From: Eledone cirrhosa
Lineage: Eukaryota
Length of the DNA: 64,000 nt
Assembly (NCBI GenBank): GCA_964016885.1
Contig: OZ024747.1
Location: forward strand, 40,362,001 to 40,426,000
Direction: 5' to 3'
This document shows positions 48,190 through 63,134 of this stretch, piece by piece. The position numbers were made by a program, and so were the translations under genes. Positions within the stretch are counted from its first letter, which is position 1, and the number at the start of each line of letters is the position of its first letter. Under the pieces are notes generated by a model that saw nothing but the letters and a program-made list of their open reading frames with translations, ran no database searches and had not been told where the DNA came from.

Positions 48190-50324
48190 TATATATTTAA
48201 TCATATATATATATATGATTAAATCCATTCAAATTCTTAATTATTTTCAAAATCATTTGAAAACTCTATTCTGTGTCTTTCATTAACATGTTAATGAAAG
48301 GATTAAAGATATGCATCATTGTGCAAGTGATTCTAAATATTGATTAGAACAATAATTTATCATAATGTTCATGTAAAAAACAGAACATTATCAGCTTAAA
48401 AGTTTCATCAAATTAATTCCACCTATTTTTTAAACTACTTCCAAATTAGCAAATGCAAGTTGTTAATAATTGATATTACTAATATTACTAATTAAAACCA
48501 GTAAATTAAAATAAAAAAATAAGCAATAGTATCAGAGTCATGTCAGTATCTGTTAATTCCATTGAATCTTGAGTGAAATGAAATACACATGAACATTTTT
48601 ATCTCTATTAACTTCACATTAGAGTTTATAGACTGATATTCTCTCAAGTTATTTTTCTCAGAATACAAATAACATAATTGTTTCAACAGCAAATCTATCA
48701 CTTTTATGTTTTTTTTTTTTTTTAATTTAAAATTTCAATTTCAACCTTAAATAGACAAATGTAAACCTAATACTACTTTAGTCATTATTAAATATTCATT
48801 TCCAGCTTTACAACAACATCTTTGTTTTGCAGATATTGATGCAATTCAATATTTTGAACAAAAAAATTCTAAGGTTTAAGTCTTACTCTAATAAAATCAG
48901 TGGAATGAACTTCCATTGGTGTCCCTTATGAGTTCCAGTAGTTTGTTCCACGGAACAGCCTGCATATGAAATTAACATATAAATGGCTGAGCATTTCATT
49001 AACACATGTACCCTTAACAATAAGTTCTCAGTGTGTGACAAGGCTGGCCCTTTGAATTATAAGTACAGTCCAACCAATGGCCTTCCAAACAGTTTCTCTC
49101 AATCCAGTTTCACTCACAAGGCATGTGTCAACACAAGGCTATGGTAACTGACATTTGACCAAAATGCCAAGTGGGGTTAAACCCAGGCCCTAATGACCAT
49201 TCAGCCATGCTACATCTACAGCCAGTTAATGATATAATACCAATAACATATTGGATAGATTCAATCACTTATATCCCAACACATTACACTGTAAAAAGTC
49301 CATATGATCTACAGATGGCATTGGACCTGTCTAACATCCTCCACCCTCTGATGCTCCCCCTCTCATATTTACTTCACAGTGCCACCAATGTAACAGGGAG
49401 TGTCTTCAGTCCTGTCTATAGTCATCCTCCACACTCCACTGACCCCATTAGTTTGCTCCTTCCTTGACTATGTAGGAGCATTAAAGCCATTTGCATTCAT
49501 ATATTCCACCATCACCCTCCCCATACACTACTCAGTGTCTCCTGCCCAATCAAAATTTCCCCTTTTCCTTTCTCTTATTTCTAACTCTCTTCTCTTATCC
49601 TCTCCTTCACTGTTTCTCTCTCTTTCTTCCCTTTCTAACACTCCTCATCCCAATTTATTCTATCTCTCCTATCATATTCTAACACCCTTCTACACTCTCT
49701 GGGTCATAAAGACAATATATGGTATGGAAATACTCTTTAATCTTTCAGTCCCAAAGAAAGCTAGGGCAACAATAACATGCATTTGGTACATACAGTAAAA
49801 TGATAACAACTGAACTGAGGATATAACCTCTTTAGTGCTAGTGGCCTTAAAATGCTTATTGCGGTTCTTGTTGATGTTGTTATAGAATAATAACATAAAA
49901 ATACAGCCATTGAATATTATTCTTTTGAATTGAAGTATATATTTGAAACTTGAGAAATAATTCAGATCTGAGAAATATAGCTGTCACATTATCTTTGACA
50001 TCATAGCTGAAGTATATTTATGATCTAACAAACTGAGTGATATGAATTTCACCTATACCTTACAATATGACACATTATACTACAACATATAACTAAGCTG
50101 AAAAAATTGCCGGTTTTAAACATATTCAATGCAATACTTGTTAGTGTTTAAAAAAACAATAGTGTTAGATATAAAACAGTTTGTAAATTTGAAGAAAAAT
50201 AAAATGGAATAAAATATTTGGAAACAAAAATAATAATATGCATAATATGATAAGGGATTTCAGTATGTGAAAATGTAGTTTTTACTAACATATCTAGTCT
50301 TATGTACAGAACAGCGATATCAAA

Positions 50325-50700
50325 AAGTCATACATTATTCTAACTCTCCAAGTATCGGTTGCTCTCCGGCAAGTTTGCAGTCGAGCCCCTAGCAGTGGAG
50401 ACTTCTGGTGCCCTTGGCCCTAGGGCTACCTCCCTACTTACCACCATAGGTGCTGAGCTGGCTAGCTGCAGATGTGAGCCTCACGAGATGGAATGGCTCT
50501 TCCAGCACATCCCCCTTACCATCCTCCAGGGAAACCCCTTCTCCATTCTGTCCGCCAGGGCTGTAGAGTGGCCAGCACGTGGGACCCCATTTGCTCATAA
50601 TACAGAGAGATGGGGAAGGCGAGAGAGAAGGAGGCAATGACAGCGGGAGTCTGGCTCTTCTGTGTTCAGACTTGGTGTGCAGTGTCAGTTGTCCGTAAGG
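50325..50700 (+). mobile_element. CRE-like (RLE-type) non-LTR retrotransposon 3' fragment
   Basis: PLAVETSGALGPRATSLL..IG....WLFQHIPLTILQGNPFSIL resembles the P.A.ET.G..G...FQR.S..IQRGN C-terminus of CRE elements. Confidence 0.65.
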
Positions 50701-53700
50701 AGGTAAAAGTGGCATGATTTTCCTCATCCTTTCGTTGTTTGGCTTCTGTAATTAGCACCTTGTACACACTGTGAAATTGATGCTAACAACTCTTACGTAA
50801 GGTTCTAACTCCCTACAATGCCTATTTGTAGGTAAAGTAAATGAGTCATTGAGAGTGAAAATGGTTTTGCCAGAGATTCAGTGCAACAACGAGAGGTATA
50901 ATCTATTGTTTTGTTTAAACCCAGGTCAACCCTGATTTAGCAGACATCTGATCATATGCATTCCAGTTATGACCATTCCTTTGTAAGATGGTAGCCAGAG
51001 GATTTAAGGAGACTTAGATGTTCCTGCGACAGTGGAAATTTCCAATGTTCTGAACCTCACACCTACTTGTAGCTATCAAAGCAGATTTGGCTACTCGTAA
51101 GTGTGAACCCCATGAGGAGGAGTGTCTATTTTAGCAAGTCTCCCATGTCATACTCTGGGACAATGTCTTCCCCATCTTGTCCATCAGGACCATGAGCCAG
51201 TCTAACCCATAAGTTTTATAACAGCTTCATTGACTATATAGATGTTTGCTTGTTGGGTTGTTGGCTTTTATAAATCATTATTTAACTTTATGTTCAAATC
51301 CTGCCAAGGTTAACTTTGCCTTTCATCCTTTATGGGGTTGATGAAATAAAGTACCAGTAATTCACTGAGGTAATTGCTGGCATTATGCCAAAAGTAGAAA
51401 CAATTATTTAATTGGCTGATAAAAATGAAAGTTAAATGTCTTCTAAGCCCTTAAAAGTCTCTAAGTCCTGGTGCTTAGCTCTAATTTCCTGTCTAGATAA
51501 GATAAATCTTCCCAAGTATATCTCAAATATATCTCAAATAATATTCCCATTTTAATAAGTGAATACAGGTAATCTATATCATAAAAGAACTGTTTCTTGG
51601 TCTGTCTGTCTGTTACACATATATGTAGAAGGAAGGGAAAAGGGGAGGAGTGAAAAGTTGTTGTTGAGTGAGAGTGTGTATGTGTGTGTGTGAAAGTGAA
51701 GTGGATAGTTTAAGATATGAGAATGAAAATGATGACGACAGACTTTTAAAAAACTCACTATAATGACAGGTTGTTTTTGTTGTTATTGAGATAGAAATAC
51801 AGTGAGAAAGAGAGAGATTGTTGTCACCATAACTAACAAGTTTTGATTGAAAACCAGGAATTTCAAATGGAACACACATGAAAGAAACGTGTGTGTCCTT
51901 TAACATATAGCCAAAGTAACACAGACTTCAAACAAAAAAAAAAAGACCATGAAATTTGTCCATCACACTTTATATGCATCTTATATATAATACATATAGT
52001 TATTTTTCTGGTTGTTTGTATGTGTGTATTTTACCACTAGTGTAGCAACAGGATTTTACTCATATACAATTAAATATACTGCTGTTTTGGCATAACATTT
52101 TTTCAGTGAATTTGAACTCAAGAATCAGCAGGCAGTCCAGTATTTATTTAACTTAGAGTGTATATACCTTTTTAATAAATGCCCGTATGTCACCCTATAA
52201 GGTTAAACATCCAATACAACATAAACACCCCCACCAATTATATCAGCATTGGTGAATTGGCAGTGTTGGTAGTGGGCCGGACGCCATGCTTTCTAGCATA
52301 GAGTTACGTCCCTTTACGGTCTGAGTTCAAATCCCGTTGAGGTTAACTTTGCCTTACGGCATCGATAAAATAAAGTACCAGTAATGTACTGGGTAATTGC
52401 TGGCCCTTTGCCAAAAGTAGAAACAATTATTACTACTACCAAAATGTCATATTCTCAAATCTTTCTCAAAACTGTCATTTTTGCAAATTATTATTTTTTC
52501 CACAGAATATCAACCACATTTTCTTACAAGGCTTTCTATCTAAATTGAAAAAGAAGAAATGTCAAACTTCTTTAACATCAAATATTTTCAAATTCTAATC
52601 TATTAATTAGTGTCTTCTCTGTAAAATCATAAATGTGATTATTTTTCTCTTGTTGATACTTGTTATTCAAAAGTCTTAACTGGGAATAACATGTTTAGTT
52701 AGATCTGTATTGCTTTTAATGATTTTATGTCTAGTAAATTTATGATAACGAAACAAGCATTATCTTTACCATTCAGACAGTAAGTTGTTGCTATTGCTAT
52801 TGTTTAGCTGCAAGTTTGACCATTCCATATTAATGGACTATATTGCTCTATGCAACCTTCTTTATTCAAGATAGCAAGTTGTGGTCTGAGGGGGATTTGG
52901 CTGTTATTTCTAGCAGGTAGGTTCTTTATAGAAGCTTCCTTATTGTCTCATAAGTTGGCAGTAAGTCAGTAAAGTGTCAGACTAAACACCATACTGCATT
53001 GAGTTATGTCCCTCATCATTCTAGGATCAAATCTCTCCAGAATTAACTTCAACAGATGATGTAAGTAAAACTGTTTCTCAAAAATATGTTTGGCTTTGTA
53101 CCATATATATTTTTTTATTTTGACCAATTGTTGTATTTAATTTATCTTCAAATCCCACTGGTGTTCTTTTTGCTTTTCATTCATCTAGCCCAGTGGTTCT
53201 TAATTTTTTCTACCGTGGCACCCCTTGAAATTTTGACATTCTATCCCACACCTCTAGGCCTTGCACACAAGACAAAAGAATTTCAATTTTCAGGTTAAAT
53301 TATCAGCTACTTAGCTGCTATTATGTAATTAATTAAATAATAAGGGAGGTGAATTGGTTGTATTGGTAGAGGGTCGGACATGCTTTCCAGCATAGTTATG
53401 TCCCTTTATGATCTGAGTTCAAATCCCTCTAAGGTTAACTTTGCCTTTCATCCTTACGGGGTCGATAAAATAAAGTACCAGTAATGTACTGGTTAATTGC
53501 TGGCCTTGTGCCAAAAGTAGAAACAATTATTTAATTAATTAACTACTATGATTAATAAATATAATTTTTTGAAAATAGCAGAAAATATCCAATCAAAATA
53601 TTTTCATCTTTAATGTGACTTCTGTTCTTGCTTCTTCTCTGCACCCCAAAGAACTGAATATCGCACCTCCTGGGGATGCTGGTACCACTGATCTAGAATT

Positions 53701-55056
53701 TTACCAGACTTCCTTTCCCTAAAATTACTGTTCTTGTGCCTAAATTATAAATCATTATAATTATTCAGTGGCCCTATTTTTAGTGTATGCTATCACTGCC
53801 CTACTGAGTGCAGTACTGTGCTTTTTGGGTGCAGGCTGTACATTTTTAAAATTTCCTTTGCATTTTCTATTGTATTGCCAACACTCTATATAATATATCT
53901 GTACTGTCTATTAGGAAGAATTTGATCCAGTGTTGCAATCAAGAATCCTGTTATCCCAGTTTTAAATTTTGCATTTTTCAACCTGTGTTTTAATTTTATC
54001 TTCATCTATTTGCATTCTACATTCAGTCTTTGCAAATATTGTTACAATTATTTTAGAGCACATATAATAATAATGAGATATATGAAAATAATAATGACAA
54101 TGAAAATAATCACTTCTAATTATACAACTGTGGTTAATCATGTTTTCTTCATGTTGTAATCTTAATAAATGTGACAGTTGTTTCTTGATTTAAAACATTA
54201 AACTTATTTAACAACTGAAGAAGACAGAAAGGGGTGATTGAATAATATGTTTACATAAATTTAATTCTCACAATCTTGTTCAAATAAAATAACCGAAAAG
54301 AAAAATGTAAAATGAAGGTTTGTACTTTTTTTTAAGCACAGAAACAAATATAAATATGGAAGTATAGAAGTACAAAAATATATAAACGTAGAATAATTTA
54401 TGGAGTGGCTGATACAGTGATGATTGTGTAATGTATCTGGTGTGTGATTTGTGTAACACTAATGAGTTTCAACTGTGTTGAATGTGAGCTGTGAGAGCTG
54501 TAGGTGTTAAAACGTTAGATATGAGTTATGTGTTGATGCAGAATGGCTGGATAGATAAGGAATTTGCTACACAATCATTAGGTCTTGAGTTCAATCCCAC
54601 TGCAGCTGAAATACACAGCTTAGACTGGGGTCTACAGTCTGATGCTCCCTCACCCTTTCCTTTACTTTCATTATTTAACATTTTCTTTTTCTTTTTCTTT
54701 TTCTTTTTCTTTTTCTTTTTCTTTTTCTATGAATTTAATATTTGTTCTGGTTTTATATGATCTGAGTTAAAATTCTTTTCCTCCACCTCCTCCATCTTCA
54801 GCAGGTCATGTCAGAAGCAACCATCTTCATCTGATCCAGCTGGATCCCTAAGCGAGACCAGCCAAGCTCATGGATGTTATCCAACCATTTTGTCAGGGTC
54901 TACCTCCGGGTCTCTTGCCAGTTGGTTTGCCCTGTAAAATCTGTCAAACAATTCTTTCCTGAGACATTCTAACCACATGGCCATAGTAACGGAGCTATAA
55001 ACTCTTAATTCAGAGAAGTAGTGGCTGTTTCATGCAATTTTCATCTTCAATTCAGT

Positions 55057-55069
55057 ATATCTATCTATA

Positions 55070-55130
<61 letters not shown>
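55057..55130. repeat. (ATCT)n microsatellite
   Basis: Direct reading. Confidence 0.97.
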
Positions 55131-55131
<1 letters not shown>

Positions 55132-55325
55132 GTTTTTATTGTATGTAAACTTCCCCCTTTGTATTTGTCCCCTTCTTTTGTGCCCCTGTGGCTAATAAAG
55201 AAATATATCTATCTAGTTTATTAAAAGTTTTATTTTCATATACCTGTATGTAAACTCCCCATTTGTATTTGTCCCCTTCTTTTGTGCCCTTGTGGCTAAT
55301 AAAGAAATTTATCTATCTATCTATC

Positions 55326-58315
55326 CCTTTAAATGTGTCATTGCCGGCACGAAAAGCCTACAGTGAACGGATAAGTAGATTAGTTAAGCAAGAGTTGATG
55401 GGAGCCATCGTCAACAATAGATGGCGGTACTCTCTCAAGAGAGCAATTAGAGTAGAATCGATAGGGTTTAGCAGAGAATTAGCTTTAGAGAAAAACAAAT
55501 CAGAAACAGAACTAGTAGCCAAAGTAGAAGAGACGCTTAGGAGTGGCAATGCAGCTAGAGTGTTAGCATCGAGAACGGCACTTGACCAGTTCTTCGACGC
55601 GAAACACAAAGGCTGCATGGGCAGAAGTAAATCACATGCTCTAGGAAATGAGGGAGCAAAAGCTGTTAGCTGGGCCTGAGTGGCGGAAGCGAAAAGTGGC
55701 AACAAGTTCATGATTCGGTCTTTGAAAGACCAAAACGGACGCGTGCTACTTGACCCAGGCAGATGTGTGAGGCCTTTCAGCGGCACTTTGCACGACTGTT
55801 TGAGCAGAACAATGGTGCACCAAACGGGGCAATGGACTTTGGTTCATACCTCGACGGCCTGCCGTGTCTCTCGAGCATGGACGCCGAGTTCTACGAAAGA
55901 CCGATCACAGCCACTGAGATACGGGACACTCTGGGCCACTGTGGGAAACGAAAATCACCCGGTCTAGATGGTCTACCCTATGAGTTTTACATAGGCTTGT
56001 TCTCTGGCATCCTCGAAGCTGTCTACTGCAATTGGCAGTAGAACGGGACAATCCCCAGTTCTGCAGGCAAGAGCGTAGTAATGCTGATCAGGAAAGACGA
56101 GAACAAGGGGGACGGAATTAACAACTTCAGGCCCATAACTCTGCTCAACACAGAGTTAAAGATTTTGGCCAAGGTGCTAGCAACGAGGCTAGCGCTTGTC
56201 GTCAAAAACCTGGTAGAGAAAGCGCAAACGTGTACAATCCCGACCAGGTTCATACACGACAACCTCCACCTCATGCGATACATCATAGAGAGGGAGGGGT
56301 GTAAACCCAGCTTCGGCGGGGCTCTGATCAATTTAGATCAGTCTAAGGCATTCGATAGGGTCGACCATCGATACTTGGAAGCGGTTCTCAAGACGGCCGG
56401 TTTCGGTCCCGTTTTCAGAGGCTGGATCAAGGCGACGCACACCAGCATCTGCACAAAGGTCAAGGTGAATGGCTACCTATCGGAGCTGTTCGCAATCACA
56501 CGTTCCATTCGACAGGGATGCCTTCTCTACTCCATTCTGTACGTATTGACTCTAGAGCCACTACTGCAGAAGTTGGAGCTTTTGCAGGGAATCCCTTTAG
56601 AACCGGGACTGAGAACAGCGTCGTCGGCTTATTCCGACGATGTGACTGTAATGGTGTCGAAAACCTCGGAAATCAAGGTAATCGGCAACCTACTACAGGA
56701 AGGTTCACAGGAGCAAAACTGAACCCGGACAAGTCTGTCGGTTTGCAACTCGGAACATGGAGAAACAAACCTATGCCGTCCGACAGCGTCGTCGGACACT
56801 GGACGGAAGGACGGGGAAATTGTTCGGGGTCTGGTTAGGTCCAAACCTCCAGGTGGAGAAAAACTGGAATGAGGTCATGGCCAAGGTATTTGCGCTCACC
56901 CAAAAGTGGGCAGAGTGCAAACTGTCTTTGAAAGGCCGAGCAGAGGTGGCGAACACTTTCATAGCATCCGTCATCTACTACCGCTTGACTGTCGTGCCTT
57001 GTCCCCGTGAATACCTCACCAAGATGGAATGCATGCTCTTTCAGTGCCTGTGGAAGAAGCAGGCTCCACTGGTGAAGAGATCCGTCTGCTGTCAACAACC
57101 TTCCAACGGAGGGCTGGGCATGCTGTGGCTAATGATGCGCAAACATGCGCTGAGGCTACGGCATCTTCAGGTATTCCTCATCGACCAACCGGTGCACCAT
57201 TTGTGAGACAGGCCTTCCCACAACTTGTCTTGCTGACGGAGCTGCAATCCTGGGTCAAGCGAAGACCGAAGAAGATGGGCGCCTGGCACATTGAATGTGC
57301 CCAGGCACTCACCGTCCTCTGTCAAGTGGGCACAGCAATCAGTGGAGACTCCACTTAGACATTCTATAGAGGGTTAGAACTTTACAAGTGCGACGACATG
57401 CTCGGGGAGACTCCAGGCGTCGAAGACAACGAGGTCACCAGTCTGTTCAGTAGGACTTTCCGCCTGGGACCTATGGACAACTTCCAGAGGTCCCTGGCCT
57501 GGCAGTGCTATCAAGGAGCTCTACCTGTTCAAGATAAGATCTACAGGCACAGACATCCCGGCAGGGATCCTTCCAAGAGGACGTGTCCAAGATGCGAGCA
57601 GGAAATTGAAACCGTCTTGAACGCAATTGTACACTGCCCGGGCATAAGCGACCTGTGGAACTATGCAGAACAACTGCCATCACATATGGGTCAAATCCAG
57701 TTGACTGCCGAGTCCATAGTAGGGATCAAACCGCCAGCCTCTTTCGAAAACGAAAGAGAGGCGGTTTTCCTCTGTACAGTGGCTATGGTAAAAGAGGTTA
57801 TATGGTGGACGAGATTGAGAGGACTGAGGACAGATGTCTTTCTCTCCAGACAACAATTGATTCCCTTCTTTAAGTATCACTTTAGAAGAAGAATCAGAGT
57901 GGAGAGAGAGGCACTGCACCCCAGTAAATTTACTGAAAGGTGGTGGAATGAAGCGAAAATGGCCCGAGTGATTGGGCCTTCTCTGTTTATAAGCCTGTAG
58001 GTTAAAGAAGAGAGCAAAAGGAAGAAGGGAGCACTTGCACAACATGCTCCTGAAGTTGAGGGTTGTTCTATCTATGGGGTATTAAACAACCCATTTGTGG
58101 CGTCTCCCCCCTATTGGGGATTTCGATTGTTATAATTGTTTGTTTGTTTTATATTTTTTTTTACACGACTGTATGTAAAATCCCCGGCATGTGTCTTTGT
58201 ATTGTCCCCTTTTCTTGTGCGCCCTTGTGGCAAATAAAGAAATATATCTATCCCTTTGTATTTGTCCCCTTCTTTTGTGCCCCTGTAGCTAATAAAGAAA
58301 CATATCTATCTATCC
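55326..58315 (+). mobile_element. Tx1/L1-clade LINE, 5'-truncated, disrupted ORF2
   Basis: KSPGLDGLPYEFY, NFRPITLLNTELKILAK, DQSKAFDRVDH, RQGC, AYSDDV, LSLKGR, GGLG, CPRC..ET....HCP; ends aataaagaaa+(tatc)n. Confidence 0.93.
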
Positions 58316-58543
58316 ATCATCATCGTCGTCATCAGAATAACTAAATTGTTGAACAAGATTACAAAATGTCTTGCAGTATTTGATTTGGTTTTTATGCGTT
58401 GGGTTCAAACCCCCCCCCCCCCCCCCCCCCCGCACACACACACACATGGACACACAGATCAAGTATACTTTTCATTGTTTCAGAGTCACAGATGATGATG
58501 ATGATGATGATATAATTGAAAAATCAATAAAAATAGACCAAAC

Positions 58544-58738
58544 CTGCTTTGTCAATTGTTCTTCACAAAGTTTGTATAAAGTGAAAAACTTTTGAGAAAG
58601 TAGAATATTCTGCTGGAAACCACAGCTAGCCATTTTTACTCTCATTATTATTCCACGATCTGGAACCATCATTGCAACAGTGCGGAAATTGATTTTTAAG
58701 TTCTCAGGCAACTCTTGGCGTCCAGCATATCCAGGATT
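58544..58738 (-). CDS. Axonemal dynein heavy chain (DNAH5/DNAH8-like), internal exon a (end of AAA1)
   Basis: AG acceptor at 58739-40, GT donor at 58542-43; 195 bp, phase 0/0. Translates [28 protein letters not shown]...[10 protein letters not shown], a conserved dynein AAA1 motif. Confidence 0.95.
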
Positions 58739-60335
58739 CTGTGGAGAAAATTAGAATTATCTATGACTCCTGCGTTATTGCTTACCAAAGAAAGAAACAA
58801 ATGTATTAACATTGCCTTTATAAAGTAATATACATCTGAATTATAGGCAGACATCTGATAAACATACATCAATTTTTCCTGTAATAAATCAGAAAATATA
58901 CCAGAAATTTCCTGAGTAGTCAAAATTAATTAACTGTTAGAAGCTGCTCATAAAAATACATAATGAAGTTGAATTTGAACTTTTCCAGCTAGTTAAATTG
59001 TTTCAATAAACATAAACTACACCATGACATCATAATATAATATAACTGAAGTTAAAAGCCATTAGAGATTTTATTACATTTTACAAAGGGAAACAAAGAA
59101 TGCTAAAATATAGCTCAGATCAAATATATCACATTGCCAATGTATATAGATACTATAAAAGTTGTGTTGGTATGTATGGAGATGAGAGAGAAGAAATGAA
59201 CCATACTGTCATCACCAGGAGCCCATCCAACTCGCCATACCTTCTTCCTAATGGGGCCACCCATCCCCCAATGATCTGGGTATGACATGGTCAACTGGCC
59301 AGGCCCTCCTCGTAATGGTGCCACCCAACTATATATTAAGTATATCAAATAATACTGTAACAAACTGACATATATCAGTGTATAGAAATACTGTTAAAAT
59401 TGTGAAACTATGTGGTTCATCGATTTTGGGTCCTGTTGAGACACTAGTTAACATCTTTAATTATATTCAACCATTAATTTATAAGAGAATACATTGCAAA
59501 TGTTTCCTGCTGTTCGCTCAAAAGCTGTTTAAAAAATGGAATAAGATAACCAGATAGTTTTCAATTATATAATAACTGCAATACTTAAAGGTAGATTAAC
59601 TAACTTATTAAAAGTTAAGGATCTCTGCTCGATGCACAATGCAACACTGTTGATACAAACTTCTATTACCAACCAACAATCAAATGATTTATCCAGCAGT
59701 GACATCCAAGAAAAATATAGTTACCATCATCATCAACATCATTTTATGTCCACTTTCTATGTAGCCATACGTTGTACAAGTCATTATAGCACAAGACAGA
59801 ATGTGTCAAGTATTGATCCCATGCTCATACATTTCATATTTTGACATGGTTTCTATGGCTAGATGCCATTCCTAGTGCAAACTATTTTACAGCATATACT
59901 GTACTAGATGCATAATATTGTAGCACCAGAACTAGGAACCATTCTCTCTACCCAATATCATCTTTGTTCAATTGTCAACCATTTTACAGAGTGTATTAAT
60001 TGCATTTTATCATGTCACAAACACTAGAGAGGTTGCAACTTCCTCAACAACAACTAAGTGTCCTCTCTACATTATAGTGTCTCAGTTTCTTAAAGCCTAA
60101 TAATTACTAGCTAGTATATTCAATCAAACATATAACAGTTACACATATGTATTACATTATAAATATCATGAATATAATTAAATTTATACCATGATAACAG
60201 ATATTGAAGTTAACAAAACATTACATGAGATATATATATGATGCTACATATTATAGCTATTGTATAAAATAAGTATTCTATTAAAATAGAACAAATAGAA
60301 TGTAGATAAATGTAATTATCACTAATCAGTACCAA

Positions 60336-61071
60336 TTATTGAGATTGATGACTAAAGGGTCAAAGAGGCAATTAAGGAAATGAAAAATGGTAAGGCCACT
60401 GGACCGTCAGGGATAGTTGCTGAAATGCTGAAGGCACCAGGAGAAGTAGGAACTAAACTGGTTGCACACATCCTCAATCAAGCTATACATGGCAAAGTCA
60501 TACCCAAAGACTGGTGCAGCAGTATTCTCATAAATTGCTGGAAATCTGGTACTTATAGCAGAATCAGTAGAGGAGCTAGAGAATAAATTCTGGCTATGGA
60601 AACAACACCTGCAATCAACAGGACTGAAAGTGAACCTAGCTAAGACTAAAGTATTGATAAGTAGAAATGAGGACAAAACTCTGATTCCATCAGGGAAATG
60701 GCCATGTTCGATATGTAGAAAAGAAGTTGGCATAAATTCTATAGAATGTAGACAATGCAGATCTTGGGTACAAAAGAGGTGTAGTGGGATAGCAGGCAAA
60801 TTAACACATAGGGAAAACTACATATGCACAAGATGTTCAGGAAAATTTGATAGTAGAAGTCGCAGTGATAGGCACACATTTCAAATGCAGGTAGGATCTA
60901 TAGAGGTGGTTGATAGCTTCCAATACCTAGATGATCAGATTAGTAAGAGAGGAGGGTGCTCCGAGGCCATAGTATCTAGAATAAGGACGGGTTGGAAGAA
61001 GTTTAGGTAGCTGGCTCCTCTGTTGACAAAGAAGGGTTTCTCCCTACAAATGAAAGGCCGGTTATATGATG
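60336..61071 (+). mobile_element. RTE LINE family A fragment with internal deletion
   Basis: MKNGKATGPSGIVAEMLK joined directly to the post-YADD/PHD region. Confidence 0.88.
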
Positions 61072-61170
61072 TAAATAGCAGTGAGAACTGATTCAACTTA
61101 TCTGAGCATGGAAAAAACGGTTGTATTATGATGTTGATGATGATGATGATGATGATGATGATGTTGATGC

Positions 61171-61205
<35 letters not shown>

Positions 61206-61214
61206 TTGATATGA

Positions 61215-62090
61215 TGATGATGATCATCATCATCATCGTTTACGTCCACCTTCCATTCTGGCATGGGTTAGACGGAATTGTCCCACTTGAGGCAAGATTG
61301 GTCAGGTGACCATGTCTCACTCATATAGAACTGTATCTGGCAGGTATCTATGACTGGATGCCTTCCCTAACACCAACAACCTTTACAGTGTGGACTGGGA
61401 GCCTTTTTACCATGTCTCCTACATGACCACCTTACAGTGTGGACTGAGTGCTTTTTATTGTGTCACCGACACAGTGGACGGAAATAGGAGGGTTGAGTAG
61501 GATGTGTGGGGTGGGGATGTATATTGGGTTAAGAGGTGTTTACTGACTGTAGGTTTGTATGCAAGGGAAGGCAGGTCTTCTGTACAACTGCATGGTGCCA
61601 AAGATCTCGATCCAGTGACATTGTCTTAGAGAGGTGTAAGTGAGCAAGGTCAGTGTTTATCACCTCATCCCGGGTTTATCTTGGTTTGCACACTCCGTAA
61701 CTTCCATTAATTTTCATTGTTCTGCACTTTTTTATACAGCTGTCGTCCTTCATACGCATCACATGGCCATACCAACGTAATCTCCTCTCCAGAACACAAT
61801 ATTTGATACCTCTTATGCTTAGTCTCTCCCTCAATTCTTTTATGCTTCGCTATTCACGCACATTACTATTACACATCCATCGGAGCATGCAAGCTTCGTT
61901 TCTTTCTAACCTACACAAGTCTTCAGCACACAACGCCCAGGTCTCACTACCATGTAATATTGCCATTCTTATACAAGCATCATACAATCTGTCTTTCACT
62001 TTTAGAGAAAAACCCCTTGTGGCCAACAGCGGTATTAGCTCTCTGAACTTTTTCCATCCTGCTCTAACTCTGGCTACTACCCTTTCAGAG
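61215..62090 (-). mobile_element. RTE LINE family B 3' end
   Basis: RVRAGWKKFRELIPLL...WMCNSNVRE, 3'UTR, tail within a (GAT/CAT)n tract. Confidence 0.88.
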
Positions 62091-62573
62091 CATATATATA
62101 CGTATGTATGCATGTATGTATATATACACATGTGGGTGTGTGGGTGTGTGTCTGTGTCTGATTGTCAAGACCTGACAATTTTGTAGACTTTAACACACCA
62201 TGTTAATACAGTCTCTTAAAGAAAAAACCTTTTGTCTGCTTATCATAATTGCTCCTTGAAAAATAAGTAGTGCCTACTTTTGTATCCCTCTGTATCCCTA
62301 TGTATTTTCCTTTAAGTATAGTTTTTTCAAAAAATCCCCATTCTTTAAATCTATCAGCCAATGACCTCCACCCATCCCAATCACCACCTCCCCCTACCAC
62401 CAGAAAATATATAAATACCACTATAACACATTGGCAGTCGGCTTTCTTGATGATTTCTGCTGATTTAAACAGTTCTAGTCCTGTAGAAGCCATTTCTATA
62501 TTAAATATATATACTCTGCTATGTATTGAGTACCTTACTTACTGTGGTTACCCCCAATTGAACCCTGCATACA

Positions 62574-62628
<55 letters not shown>

Positions 62629-63134
62629 TAGGTATATGATTAACCTGGATGCAGTAATGGTTAATTACTACACTGGATAGAGTTGACATACGGTGAGAAG
62701 TTACTCAAGCACACAGAATTGTAAGCACACAGAATAAATTACCTTTATATATATATATATATATGGCACATGGCTTAGTGGTTAGAGCATTGGCCTTGCA
62801 ATCGAAAGGTTGTGAGTTCAATTCTCAGGCTGGGTGATGTGTTGTTTCCTTGAGCAAGACACTTTATTTCACATTGCTCCAGTTTACTCAGCTGTAGAAA
62901 TGAGATGATAGGGACTGGGGTCCATATCATTCCACTGTAAAGTGGTCGTGGAGGTGCCACGGCAAAAAAGCACCCAGTACTCACTGTAAATGAGGTTGGT
63001 GTTAGGAAGCATCCAGCTGTAGAAATCAAGCCAGTATCAGTTACCGTCCCACCCTTGCAAGCAGGGAAAAAGCGGACGTAAAATGAAATGATGATGATGA
63101 TGAAATGATATATATATATATATATATATATATA

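Noticed and set aside
59295-59330. ccctcctcgt as an HDV L3 loop
   Set aside because: No matching P3/P1 pairing found.
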